In this document: in pieces, positions 9,232 through 19,175 of the stretch
How the letters are laid out: each line of letters begins with the position of its first letter
How positions within the stretch are numbered: position 1 is the stretch's first letter
Made by a program: the position numbers and the translations under genes
Notes under the pieces: generated by a model
Databases searched by the model: none
Seen by the model: only the letters and a program-made list of their open reading frames with translations
What the model was told of the DNA's origin: nothing
Virus record (IMG/VR): IMGVR_UViG_3300035698_012504
Location: 122,694 to 186,693 of that record
Source: a virus
DNA length: 64,000 nucleotides
Reading direction: 5' to 3' (one strand)

Positions 9232-9567
9232 ATGTTTACAGTTGAACAAAAGTCGTCGAATTTCAGTGTTGGTGGACAACTAATAGGATTTGATGGAGGT
9301 GGAGCAGACAATGAATTAATACTAAAATTTAGAACTAGAGTAGGAGATGTTGAAATAACTATACCAAATGTTTCCCCAATGGTTATTAAACTAATGCAAA
9401 AAGTTGGAGTGAATAATTTAAAGGGTCAGGTGCTTGATCTAGATAGAAATAGATTGAATGCTGAATCTGTACACCAAGAGACAGCAACGGTAGTTGGGTC
9501 AGGTATGCAGAAAAAAGGAGAAGAAGTTACTCCTGCAGTAGTAGTTGGCGCAGGAGTCCAGAAGTAG
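9232..9567 (+). CDS. hypothetical protein
   Basis: 111-aa ORF with SD AAAAGGAGA upstream. Confidence 0.35.
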   Translation: MFTVEQKSSNFSVGGQLIGFDGGGADNELILKFRTRVGDVEITIPNVSPMVIKLMQKVGVNNLKGQVLDLDRNRLNAESVHQETATVVGSGMQKKGEEVTPAVVVGAGVQK

Positions 9568-10240
9568 AACGAAAACAGAAAGGTCTCTAATGAGAATCCA
9601 AAAGCTCTTGGTAGAACGGGGTGTAGTTTACCCCTCTGCTGTAGCGAAAATGCTATTGGCAAAAGAAGTTATCGAACACATTTTATTAAAGTTCAGAGAG
9701 AAGACTAATTTAAGTTGGGAAAATCGTCCTCCTAAGGATGAGAAGTGTAAGAAATCAGTAACATTGGAAGTTGTAACTTCAGTAGATAAATGTTATAAAG
9801 TTGAGAACTGGGTCGACATCGATGGAATCGAAGGTCCGTTCTTAATGAAAAATAATATTGTATTTTATAATAGAACTGAGAAATTACTACTAGTAATAAT
9901 GTGTCCGTCGTTTATGAATATCCCAACAGAGATAACAGATGTCTGGGTTAGAAGAGTAATTCCATTCACATATGGCGTAGAAGATTTTACAGTCCCTGAA
10001 GTTGTAGGTACTGTGAACTTCGAAGAGTTCTTCAATCGGGCAGTGTTCTCTACCATATTTGGAAAAGGTCAGGACGAAGTCATTAAACTTCATAGAGTAT
10101 ATGGTACATTCCAATGGGCGATCTCAACCATTGAAAGCAAATTAAGAAGACCTGAAGTATTATCAGATGATGTAGTTACGGACACCCCACCGAAGGTTGT
10201 TGAACCAGTGGCGGATGAGGTATCTGTAATAGTTACTTAA
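9545..10240 (+). CDS. hypothetical protein
   Basis: 231-aa ORF. No motif recognised. Confidence 0.4.
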   Translation: MAQESRSRTKTERSLMRIQKLLVERGVVYPSAVAKMLLAKEVIEHILLKFREKTNLSWENRPPKDEKCKKSVTLEVVTSVDKCYKVENWVDIDGIEGPFLMKNNIVFYNRTEKLLLVIMCPSFMNIPTEITDVWVRRVIPFTYGVEDFTVPEVVGTVNFEEFFNRAVFSTIFGKGQDEVIKLHRVYGTFQWAISTIESKLRRPEVLSDDVVTDTPPKVVEPVADEVSVIVT

Positions 10241-10255
10241 ATAATAGGAGAAAGA

Positions 10256-11035
10256 ATGAGTTTAGAAAGTATTTTAAATGGTCTAAATTTCGCAGGACCA
10301 GAGTTTCATAAACAAAGAGTAGGAAAATTAACATTAGGGCTTTCAGTACTAAAGCCTGGAGGACGCTGTCAAGTATCAGTAGCTCCAGTACTAGATAAGA
10401 ATGAATCAGGAAGACCCCAGCCAGGTGTAAAGAGATATAATTATGCAAAGAAGTGTGATTTCTCATTAATGCCTTCTGAGTGTAGAGCATTAGTGACAGC
10501 CGCACCTAAAGTAATGGCTGGTACATATGAAAACCCTAATCCAAAAGTAGATGAAAAATATAAATCAGTTTTTCAAGTAGAACATTATCCTAGAGAAGGT
10601 AAAAGTTATTTTAATATGTTTAGACCAGAAAGAGGTGGTACTCCAGTGCCATCTATTGGAATTACAATTAGTACCCCAAAAGATTCTGGATTCGAAAGCA
10701 ATACATTTATAATGTCACAAGAAGAGAAGGATGAGTTCCTAGACTTCGTGACCAACTGTGCTAAAAATCTTCCGTTTTATACTGCACTCTCAAGTGGAAT
10801 ATGTAAAGCAATTAGAAGTACTCTTCCTAGGGGAGAATACAAAGGAGGAGACCCAGCCGGTAGATCTAGAGTTAGTGGAACTCCTGCTGGTAGATCTAGA
10901 GTTACATCTACGATTGAACATCCTGCTGATCGTCATGTTGATACTAAAGCCCCTAATGACTTTCAACCTGAAGATCTAGCATCCGTCAAAGAGGGCGGAG
11001 GATCTGCTGGGGATTATGATTGGGATTTTAGATAG
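10256..11035 (+). CDS. hypothetical protein with tandem PAGRSRV repeat
   Basis: 259 aa. SD AGGAGAAAG upstream. GDPAGRSRVSGTPAGRSRVTS internal duplication. Confidence 0.45.
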   Translation: MSLESILNGLNFAGPEFHKQRVGKLTLGLSVLKPGGRCQVSVAPVLDKNESGRPQPGVKRYNYAKKCDFSLMPSECRALVTAAPKVMAGTYENPNPKVDEKYKSVFQVEHYPREGKSYFNMFRPERGGTPVPSIGITISTPKDSGFESNTFIMSQEEKDEFLDFVTNCAKNLPFYTALSSGICKAIRSTLPRGEYKGGDPAGRSRVSGTPAGRSRVTSTIEHPADRHVDTKAPNDFQPEDLASVKEGGGSAGDYDWDFR

Positions 11036-11052
11036 GAATAATTTGGTTAGTC

Positions 11053-11077
11053 GGGGGCTCCTATTGTAGGGGCCCCC
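11053..11077 (+). terminator. GC-rich hairpin GGGGGCTC-loop-GGGCCCCC (terminator or processing-site candidate)
   Basis: 8-bp G/C stem in AT-rich DNA just after the stop of the 10256-11035 gene. No U tract. Confidence 0.35.
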
Positions 11078-11093
11078 AAACCTAAGGATTAAT

Positions 11094-12878
11094 ATGGATA
11101 AATACGATACATCATCAATAGAATTAGTTGATGCTATTACACACATTCGAAAACACACAAGTCTTTATTTAGGCGATACATCAAATGCTACTCAATTATT
11201 AATTGAAATGCTTGATAACTCATTGGATGAAGTAGCCGCTGGTGGTGCCAAAAGAATAAAAATAGAAATAGGAGATGATTATTTTTCTGTTGAAGATGAT
11301 GGAAGAGGTATACCATTCGATGGGAAACTTCCATTAGATAAAGATCCTCCTATTTTGATAACGCATGAAATAAATACTAGTGGTAAGTTTAGAAAGAATG
11401 AAAACGGATCTTCATATAAAATATCAGTTGGTCTTCACGGAATTGGATTGACTGCTGTATCAGCATTAAGTAATAAAATGTTAATAGATATTTATAGAGA
11501 TAATAAGCATGGATTATATACAATACTCCATGATGGCACGGCAGAGAGAAAGATATCTAGAGGTAATAAGAAACCACCCTACTCTACTAAGATGGTGTGT
11601 TATCCTAATCCAATATACTTCGACGACATTAGTGTAAATATGGATCAGATAATTGGTAGATTATCAATTGCATCTGCTAGATTTCCACGGCTTAAGTTAT
11701 ATATTAATGATGATAAAATTTCATGTACTGAAGAAGATTTATTTAAAACTTATCTTGGGGAAGCTCCTGAGTATTATAATACATATGTAGAGAAAAAACA
11801 TGAGTCTTGCACATTAACATTTGCCTGGGCGGAATGTGACTCTCCTAAACAAACTATATTCACTACAGTAAACTTGGCACCAGTATTATCTGGTCCACAT
11901 ATTACAAAAATAAATAACTTTATTAAAGCAGCATTTGAAAAACTAAAAAAGAAATATAACTATTCATTTGAACCATCTGATTGCTTAAATTGGTCTAGAA
12001 TATATATTAATTTAATGGTGGTGAAGAACCACTTTGATAGTCAAACAAAAGAAAGGCTATCTAAGAAATCAGATCTATCTATAATGGATGGATTGGAAAA
12101 ACAAATAGAAGTTACTATAAAGGCTATGGGTGAAGAAGAGTTAAAGAATTTACTCATACGATTTCAAGACTATAGAAAAGCAATTCAATCTAAAAAATTA
12201 ACTAAGACTCATGGAAAGAAAAGAGGGTCATCTAGGTCTACTAAGTTGCAGGACTGTACTTCTAATAATGGGGAACTAATTATTGGAGAAGGAGCTTCTG
12301 CAATTGGTGGGTTGGCACAAGTTAGAGATGAAGTAAAACATGCTGTGCTAGCTCTAAGAGGAGTCATACCTAATATATTAACTAAAAAGGATGCTCTTGA
12401 TAATCAAGAAGTAAAAGAAATAATAAGAGCGCTAGGTTGTGGGATTGGATCATCATGTGACATTTCCAAACTAAGATACGGTAAAGTTATCATTGCAGCT
12501 GATGCAGATCCAGCAGGGTATTTTATCACAGCTCTACTAATAATTCTATTTGCATCATTAGTCCCTGATTTAATAAAGGAGAATAAACTTTTCATCTGTA
12601 AGACTCCATTGTTTGGAATCAAAAAGAAAGGTAAGTTTGTTCCTCTTTGGACAAATAAAGATCTAGAAAAAGCAAGAAAAAATAAAGAATCGATAATCCG
12701 AATAAAAGGACTAGGTGAATTTGATCCAGATGATCTTAAAGTATTTACTCTTGATGAATCTACTAGGATATTAATCCCTGTAACTTGGTCTAAGAATTAC
12801 AAGGCCATTTTTAAATTGATGAGTGATGCTAAGGAACGTAGGAAACTAGTTCTTAATACGTGGAAAATTGAAGACTAA
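11094..12878 (+). CDS. type II DNA topoisomerase, ATPase plus Toprim subunit (GyrB/ParE-like; T4 gp39-like)
   Basis: GHKL/Bergerat motifs LDNSLDE, GDDYFSVEDDGRGIPFD, GLHGIGLTAVSALS. Toprim motifs IIGEGASAIGG and IIAADADPAGYFI. Confidence 0.85.
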   Translation: MDKYDTSSIELVDAITHIRKHTSLYLGDTSNATQLLIEMLDNSLDEVAAGGAKRIKIEIGDDYFSVEDDGRGIPFDGKLPLDKDPPILITHEINTSGKFRKNENGSSYKISVGLHGIGLTAVSALSNKMLIDIYRDNKHGLYTILHDGTAERKISRGNKKPPYSTKMVCYPNPIYFDDISVNMDQIIGRLSIASARFPRLKLYINDDKISCTEEDLFKTYLGEAPEYYNTYVEKKHESCTLTFAWAECDSPKQTIFTTVNLAPVLSGPHITKINNFIKAAFEKLKKKYNYSFEPSDCLNWSRIYINLMVVKNHFDSQTKERLSKKSDLSIMDGLEKQIEVTIKAMGEEELKNLLIRFQDYRKAIQSKKLTKTHGKKRGSSRSTKLQDCTSNNGELIIGEGASAIGGLAQVRDEVKHAVLALRGVIPNILTKKDALDNQEVKEIIRALGCGIGSSCDISKLRYGKVIIAADADPAGYFITALLIILFASLVPDLIKENKLFICKTPLFGIKKKGKFVPLWTNKDLEKARKNKESIIRIKGLGEFDPDDLKVFTLDESTRILIPVTWSKNYKAIFKLMSDAKERRKLVLNTWKIED

Positions 12879-12933
12879 GTTGAGAAGGGTCAAGTAGTGA
12901 TCTCATTTCTTGACGTTACATAAGGATAAATGA

Positions 12934-14265
12934 ATGGAGAAACTTGTACCCTGGTTGTATAGAGAATATGGTGAGTATGTAAATAAGAAAAAAATGCTAC
13001 CGTTAATGGTAGATGGATTACTACCAGTACAAAGAAGAGTATTATTAAGTCTTCATATGATGGCGAAAACAAGCTATGTAAAAACTGCTGAGGTACTGGG
13101 ACATACAATGGGTCACTTCCATCCTCATGCAGCAGCAGAAGGAACCGCAACATACCTGGTTCAAAACGAATTCTGTTTAGGATCTGGACAATGGGGAACT
13201 ACATTTGGAATAAACAAGATAGACCCAGCAGCTATGAGATACACAAAGATGAAGGCCAGTCCATTCATTGAGGATATGGCATTCAAATTTGTTAATAATA
13301 TCAAATGGGCAGAAGACGAACTGAAACCTGAACCCATTTTTTTACCAACGATGATTCCAATATGTTTGTTTGCTAAAAGTGATTTAGTATCTATAGCATT
13401 TGGATTTAAATGTAGAATCCCTGCATATAATCTCAAAGATCTGATAAGAAGATTACTATACCTAGAAGGTAGAAGAAAAACTAAACCAACAATTTCACCA
13501 ACTATAATGGGATGTGAGATACTATCTACTAAAAAAGAATTGGAAGAGTTGCTAACGACTGGAACAGGATCCATTAGTGTTAGAGGGATATATGAAGTCA
13601 GTAAGAAAAACTATTCTATCATTGTACGCGGATGGGGACCAGGAACTAGGTTCGAAGCGATACTATCTAGAATTGAAAAGTTAATGCTTGCCGCAGGTAT
13701 CTCAAGAGATGATTGGATTCATAGAGACTCATCTAATAAAAACAATGGAACTAAGGTTGTATTCGAAATAGATAAAACTAGAAACCGTGATCCCGCGTTT
13801 AAAGCTTTAGTTAAATCTATGAAGATTGCTCTCGAAGACAGGATTAAATATGATGTGATTGTTGTTAACTTGAAAGGAGAGTTGGCTCGACCATCTATAG
13901 ATGAAATGCTATCTAATACATTTAAGCATTGGAAATTTGCATTCAATAATAATACAGAAGAAAGAATAACTAATACTATAGTATTGATAAATGAAATGAT
14001 GTTAATAAAAAAGATTAGACCTTATATATCAATGGCCTCCAAAGAACCTACTGTCGATGGAATGATAACAAGGCTATCTACAAAATCTGGAGTATCCGAA
14101 GAGGATGTAAAGATAGTTGTAGATAAATATAAAATTAAAAAGATACTTACAGTTGATACAGACACCAAGGAATACAAAGATAAAATTAAGCGTCTAAAAG
14201 CAGTGTTATCTAACATAGATAAGCTTTCACTGGACACGTACGAAGAACTTCTAGCTTCTAAATAG
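12934..14265 (+). CDS. type II DNA topoisomerase DNA-cleavage subunit (GyrA/ParC N-terminal domain-like)
   Basis: LPVQRRVLLSL (GyrA LKPVHRRVL) and the catalytic-tyrosine motif AAMRYTKMK (AAMRYTE). Confidence 0.75.
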   Translation: MEKLVPWLYREYGEYVNKKKMLPLMVDGLLPVQRRVLLSLHMMAKTSYVKTAEVLGHTMGHFHPHAAAEGTATYLVQNEFCLGSGQWGTTFGINKIDPAAMRYTKMKASPFIEDMAFKFVNNIKWAEDELKPEPIFLPTMIPICLFAKSDLVSIAFGFKCRIPAYNLKDLIRRLLYLEGRRKTKPTISPTIMGCEILSTKKELEELLTTGTGSISVRGIYEVSKKNYSIIVRGWGPGTRFEAILSRIEKLMLAAGISRDDWIHRDSSNKNNGTKVVFEIDKTRNRDPAFKALVKSMKIALEDRIKYDVIVVNLKGELARPSIDEMLSNTFKHWKFAFNNNTEERITNTIVLINEMMLIKKIRPYISMASKEPTVDGMITRLSTKSGVSEEDVKIVVDKYKIKKILTVDTDTKEYKDKIKRLKAVLSNIDKLSLDTYEELLASK

Positions 14266-14274
14266 GAGAAGAAA

Positions 14275-14586
14275 ATGAAGATGGTTCGAGAAGAAAAACA
14301 AATCACCCTCGTTGGTGAGGTTTCATTCAGACCTCAAATTACTCCCGGTCTTGGTAGCCTTCAAAAGGATACTGCAATCATAACAACTAAACAGGGATCT
14401 GAATTCAGATTAAAATTCATTAGCGAAGATCCGTATAAACAAGAAATTACTAAAAAATATGAGAAGAAATCAATAGTGTGTACTGGTAGTTTCTTTAGGG
14501 ATATATTCTTTGCCAAGATGTATGAGACTCCCCGGAGAGCCCCGCGAAGACTTAGTGGAAGGTTGACAACAACTAGAAGAGTTTAA
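14275..14586 (+). CDS. hypothetical protein (basic C-terminus)
   Basis: 103-aa ORF with SD GGAGAAGAAA upstream. Confidence 0.3.
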   Translation: MKMVREEKQITLVGEVSFRPQITPGLGSLQKDTAIITTKQGSEFRLKFISEDPYKQEITKKYEKKSIVCTGSFFRDIFFAKMYETPRRAPRRLSGRLTTTRRV

Positions 14587-14601
14587 AAAAGGATTAAAAT
14601 T

Positions 14602-14925
14602 ATGTCAGAAAATAAAAAACCATTTGAAATTGAAACGCCCGGCGAACTTCTACGAGCTATTCTATTTGTTCTTGGCAGTATAGTTTTTAGTGGTGTATTG
14701 GTGTTACTTGCTTGTAAAATAATTATAGATATAGTTATAGCATTATCATATACTTCATTAGTAGGAATAATAATAGGATCATTTATAATTGCAACAGCCT
14801 CAGTAATTGGAAGTCCAATACAAGAAGAGATGATTAAATACTATGAAGAAAAAAATAAGAAATATTTAGAAGAAAAAAAGAAAAAAGAAGATGACAAAGA
14901 TGTTCAAACTAACAGTAAGAGTTAA
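14602..14925 (+). CDS. small membrane protein
   Basis: Two long hydrophobic segments (ILFVLGSIVFSGVLVLLACKII... and LVGIIIGSFIIATASVIG) followed by a Lys/Glu-rich tail. Confidence 0.4.
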   Translation: MSENKKPFEIETPGELLRAILFVLGSIVFSGVLVLLACKIIIDIVIALSYTSLVGIIIGSFIIATASVIGSPIQEEMIKYYEEKNKKYLEEKKKKEDDKDVQTNSKS

Positions 14926-15328
14926 CTTCTCAGCAGCACATAGATTAAAATATAGTAAAAGTGACTGTGCGTTTTTACATGGCCACAATTATAAACTATT
15001 AGTATACTATGAAGGAGATCTATCTCCAACAAGTGGAATGGTAGAAGACTTCAAAGAAATAGAATCAAATATTGCAGGATATGTATTAGAGAAGTTCGAT
15101 CATTCTATAATAATAAGTTCACATGACACTGAAATGTTAGATGTTATTGGCGAGATTTCACCTAAGAAAATAGCACTAGTAGATGGAGAACCTACTGCAG
15201 AAGTAATAGTTAACGACATTGCAAAACATATAAGATTTCTTGCACTAGAGTCAGACTTCTATAAAGGTTACAGCGAATTAGAATTATGGGAAACAGATAA
15301 ATACTGCGTCTCATTAAAATTATATTAG
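14891..15328 (+). CDS. queD: 6-carboxy-5,6,7,8-tetrahydropterin synthase QueD (PTPS family)
   Basis: KLTVRVNFSAAHRL...CAFLHGHNY...GMVEDFKEIE are the PTPS/QueD zinc-site and catalytic motifs. The true start may be ATG 14900. Confidence 0.8.
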   Translation: MTKMFKLTVRVNFSAAHRLKYSKSDCAFLHGHNYKLLVYYEGDLSPTSGMVEDFKEIESNIAGYVLEKFDHSIIISSHDTEMLDVIGEISPKKIALVDGEPTAEVIVNDIAKHIRFLALESDFYKGYSELELWETDKYCVSLKLY

Positions 15329-15336
15329 GAGTACAT

Positions 15337-17832
15337 ATGTTAATACGAAAGTCAGGTATCATCCTTCCGAAAGATGACCCTCAGTTAGAGTTGATAAAAT
15401 CAGACCTCACTAGGAAAGTCTTTCAGTGGGATGGATCATGGAAAACTATGACCTTTTACGAGGACATGTCAGACTACATAGTTATCCCTAGATTCTACCC
15501 TGCTCTTGGAAAAATAAGAGATGATAGAACTGACGGAGATGATATAGAAATAGAATCAAAAATAAAACCTTTGAATTCTAGACAAGAGAAGGTGATGAAC
15601 TTTCTTGAGAAAACAGAGAATTGTATACTTAGACTCGAACCTGGGAGTGGGAAAGCTCAACCAATTTATTCTAAAATATTGACACCTATTGGTTGGAAAA
15701 ACCTTCAAGATATTCAAATCGGGGATAATGTAATTGATCCAGTATCTGGAAGAAATGTAAAGGTATTAGGTGTTTTTCCTCAAGGTAAAAAAGAAGTATA
15801 TAAATTAACTTTTAATGATGGAGCCACAACGTTTTGTTGTAATGATCATTTATGGAAAGTAAAATATAAAAGATCATGTATTGGTGAAAAAGAATATTGG
15901 AAGATTAAACCATTAAATGATTTAAAAAATGATTATTATATAGATAAACAAAAAAGACTTAAATATTTTATCCCAATTACATCTCCTATTGAATTTGAAA
16001 ATCAAGAAATAAAAATAGACCCTTATCTTTTAGGTTGTTTGCTTGGAGATGGAACAATTAGATTTGGTGGTGGAACTATATCGTTATCTTCCAGGGATAA
16101 AGAATTGATAGAAACTTGTTCGGTGTTATTAGATAAATATAATCTTGAGTTCAAAAAAGATAACAAATATGACTACAGAATAAGAATTAAAAATAATAAG
16201 TTTAGAAAAAAATTTAGAAAAAAAGGAAAATATTTAAATCCTTTAAAAATATATTTGGATGAATTGGGTCTTCTGGGTAAAAAATCATATGAAAAATTTA
16301 TACCAAATACATATAAATTTAATTCTATGTATAATCGAATTAGTATTCTACAAGGACTCTTGGATACCGATGGATATGTTTCAGATAAAAAACAAGAAGT
16401 TAGTTTTTCATCTACATCTTATACGTTATGTAAAGATGTTAAATTTATAGTTGATAGTCTTGGTGGAAAATCCAAAATATATCCAAAACAAACATATTAT
16501 ACATATAAAAATATTAAGAAAAAAGGAAGACCTTCCTGGGTAGTAAATATAACTTTAGATAAAAATATAATTCCATTTAGATTATCTCGAAAAGTTAAAA
16601 GATATAATAATATTCATAAATATCCTCCTTCGAGAGCAATAAAAGATATTAAATATATTGGAAAAGAAGAATGTCAATGTATAAAAGTTGATTCAGATGA
16701 TGGATTATACATAACTGATGATTTTATAGTAACACATAATACTGTTACAGCAATAGAAACTATATGTAGATTAAAGAAACGAACTATTATATTTGCTCAT
16801 AAAACAGAACTATTAGATCAATGGAGAGGTGAATTTCTTAAACATACTAATCTAACAGAAGATGATATTCAGAAGGTTAATACAGACGATAAGAAGTTTG
16901 ATGGCTGTCTGAAAAAGAAAATCATTTTATGTACACCCCATACTATATCTGTAGCTATTAGATTAAATAAAAAAGATTTCATACGCGCATTATTAAAAGC
17001 AGGCATAGGTATTTGTTTTATAGACGAATGCCATGTTGGAATAGGTCCAGAGGAATTCTCCAAGAGTTCAATTTATATAAACGCCAAACGAATATATGGA
17101 TTATCTGCTACACCATTTAGACCAGATGGAAATGATGACATAATAAGATATCACCTCGGAGAGGTAAAGTATTTTCCTCCGGAGAAAGATGAACTAATAA
17201 ACCCCAAAGTTCTTATGGTACATATGCCGTTCCATGTATTTGAAACATATAATATGAAACAAAATTTAATGTGGGGAGGACGATTTCAGAATGCTAGATA
17301 CTGGAATCTATTGGCGAAGCAACCTAAGTATATTCATAATGTTGCGTCGATTATAAAGAGAGCATACACAGAGGGAAGAAATATATTAGTACTTGGCAAT
17401 AGAGTTCAGGGTCTAATGAACATGGCCGAGGCATGTAATATTCATAAAAAAGACATCGGTATATTTATGAGCACTGCCACCAGTGAACATAAGAAAAGAG
17501 TTCTAGAACTTTCAGATACTACAGATCTTAAAGAAGCATTCTATAAAAAGCGAGTTGTGTTTTCTACATATGGTATGGCTAGGGATGGAAACAACAGAAA
17601 AGATTTAGACTTTCTTGTATTATGTATACCGACTGGCAACATAGAACAAGCAGTGGGTAGAGTTCAGAGAGAACTCAAGGGGAAACGTAGACCAATAGTA
17701 ATAGATTTAGTAGATACCCAAAGTCCTAAGAATAAATCTGGAAATTATATATTTGAATACCAGGCACAGAGAAGGAAAGAATTCTATGCTAAGATGGGTT
17801 GGAAAGTTGAGACGATATTTTTTAAAGAATAA
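15337..17832 (+). CDS. SF2 (DExH) DNA/RNA helicase interrupted by an intein in the Walker A motif
   Basis: The extein reads ...LEPGSGK|TVTAIE... (Walker A GSGKT once the intein is removed). CFIDECH (motif II), LSATP (motif III), QAVGRVQR (motif VI). Confidence 0.8.
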   Translation: MLIRKSGIILPKDDPQLELIKSDLTRKVFQWDGSWKTMTFYEDMSDYIVIPRFYPALGKIRDDRTDGDDIEIESKIKPLNSRQEKVMNFLEKTENCILRLEPGSGKAQPIYSKILTPIGWKNLQDIQIGDNVIDPVSGRNVKVLGVFPQGKKEVYKLTFNDGATTFCCNDHLWKVKYKRSCIGEKEYWKIKPLNDLKNDYYIDKQKRLKYFIPITSPIEFENQEIKIDPYLLGCLLGDGTIRFGGGTISLSSRDKELIETCSVLLDKYNLEFKKDNKYDYRIRIKNNKFRKKFRKKGKYLNPLKIYLDELGLLGKKSYEKFIPNTYKFNSMYNRISILQGLLDTDGYVSDKKQEVSFSSTSYTLCKDVKFIVDSLGGKSKIYPKQTYYTYKNIKKKGRPSWVVNITLDKNIIPFRLSRKVKRYNNIHKYPPSRAIKDIKYIGKEECQCIKVDSDDGLYITDDFIVTHNTVTAIETICRLKKRTIIFAHKTELLDQWRGEFLKHTNLTEDDIQKVNTDDKKFDGCLKKKIILCTPHTISVAIRLNKKDFIRALLKAGIGICFIDECHVGIGPEEFSKSSIYINAKRIYGLSATPFRPDGNDDIIRYHLGEVKYFPPEKDELINPKVLMVHMPFHVFETYNMKQNLMWGGRFQNARYWNLLAKQPKYIHNVASIIKRAYTEGRNILVLGNRVQGLMNMAEACNIHKKDIGIFMSTATSEHKKRVLELSDTTDLKEAFYKKRVVFSTYGMARDGNNRKDLDFLVLCIPTGNIEQAVGRVQRELKGKRRPIVIDLVDTQSPKNKSGNYIFEYQAQRRKEFYAKMGWKVETIFFKE
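15655..16740 (+). mobile_element. LAGLIDADG intein (362 aa) apparently beginning with Ala rather than Cys/Ser
   Basis: Block A AQPIYSKILTPIGWKNLQDIQIGDNV. Two LAGLIDADG motifs, LLGCLLGDGTIRFGGG and ISILQGLLDTDGYVSD. C-terminal DDFIVTHN followed by +1 Thr (TVTAIE). Removal recreates GSGKT. Confidence 0.7.
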
Positions 17833-17892
17833 AATAAATAATATATTTAAATCATTTGAGATTCCACCTCAAGTTTGTACTGATATATATAT

Positions 17893-18165
17893 GTGCTTAT
17901 TAGTATTATGAGAGAAGCGATTGATGAGATCGCCATACATGGTACTGTAAGATTTGATGCAAAATATGAGATAGATACTATGGGGTATATATCAGATAAA
18001 ACAAGAATATTTCTTAGAACCACCTATGGCACTGGAGTATTAGAAGGACAGGATCGGTTCTTTGAAGATGCTATGTATTTTGCACCGTCTCAAAAAGGTA
18101 GACGATTATTTAAAGCAGATAATACATGTACTCTTAATAAGATTAACAGAGACATAGTAATATGA
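17893..18165 (+). CDS. hypothetical protein
   Basis: 90-aa ORF. Confidence 0.3.
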   Translation: MLISIMREAIDEIAIHGTVRFDAKYEIDTMGYISDKTRIFLRTTYGTGVLEGQDRFFEDAMYFAPSQKGRRLFKADNTCTLNKINRDIVI

Positions 18166-18413
18166 TAAGTGATTATAATATCTCAACAACACCAGGCGAT
18201 ATATATTTAATGATTTACTTTTTTAAAACAAATTCGATGGCGACTCTGGTCCCTGAAAATTTTACACCGACCTTGTTTGGTCTAACTGAACCTGTTATAG
18301 GTGCAAATCGACTTACCAGATGTACAGAATCTGGTACAAACTTGGGATTAGAACTTAGAAATATAACTAAGACTATGTACTTATACACTAACACGAAAGG
18401 AATATTAATTTAA
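18162..18413 (+). CDS. hypothetical protein
   Basis: 83-aa ORF overlapping its neighbours by 4 nt and 1 nt. Confidence 0.3.
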   Translation: MISDYNISTTPGDIYLMIYFFKTNSMATLVPENFTPTLFGLTEPVIGANRLTRCTESGTNLGLELRNITKTMYLYTNTKGILI

Positions 18414-19171
18414 TGAGCGAAGTATCATTACCAAATGATAAATTTTCTATCTTCCTAACCATTGTATCAATGATGCAACAGTCATGTGATAACATGCTTA
18501 TAAAGGGTGGGAAGATATGTCAATCCTCTAGTAGAAAAAGTTCAATCTTTGATATAGATTTAGAACCACTAGTAGGAGACATTGATCTAATCGTTAGTAG
18601 ATTAGAATCAAAAAAGGATCTACTTGAAACGTTTAGAAAACAAGAAGTAGATATGACTTTAGAAATTAATGAGAATAATTATATATTTAGAGATAGATTC
18701 TCTAGGGTAACTTGTCATAACATCAAACCTGAAATTGCATACAAAATGAATGTTCCTGTTTCTGATTTAGATAAGACACTGAAGTTAGATGATGTCGAAA
18801 TAATATTTGAATACACTATGAATAGAATGATGATAGATAGAATATCTTCTTTCAGAAAGGCCTTGAGTGCTAGGCATCTGGTGATCGAAGGAAAGGGAGA
18901 TAAGGTAAACTTAAAAATAAATACATCAGATAAGTCATTGGCTACGTTCGGAACCTTAGCAACTATAGATGATCTCCAACAAGAGTTCTCAGGGATTCTT
19001 CCGTACTATTTAAATGTTGTTATGACTAATGTAGAGAGTATAGTATTCACATTGTATTCACGACCAAAAGAAAAAGACTATCTACTTAAAATGGAATCAT
19101 CAATCGGTACCTCTCCCGAAATACCGATTACCGTTTGGGCACTATCAAATCAAACAGACGGAGAAGACTAA
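18413..19171 (+). CDS. hypothetical protein
   Basis: 252-aa ORF. Confidence 0.4.
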   Translation: MSEVSLPNDKFSIFLTIVSMMQQSCDNMLIKGGKICQSSSRKSSIFDIDLEPLVGDIDLIVSRLESKKDLLETFRKQEVDMTLEINENNYIFRDRFSRVTCHNIKPEIAYKMNVPVSDLDKTLKLDDVEIIFEYTMNRMMIDRISSFRKALSARHLVIEGKGDKVNLKINTSDKSLATFGTLATIDDLQQEFSGILPYYLNVVMTNVESIVFTLYSRPKEKDYLLKMESSIGTSPEIPITVWALSNQTDGED

Positions 19172-19175
19172 TAGG

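Noticed and set aside
10758-10979. ORF 10758-10979 (+) nested in 10256-11035
   Set aside because: Alternate-frame ORF wholly inside a longer gene that has a good SD. No independent support.
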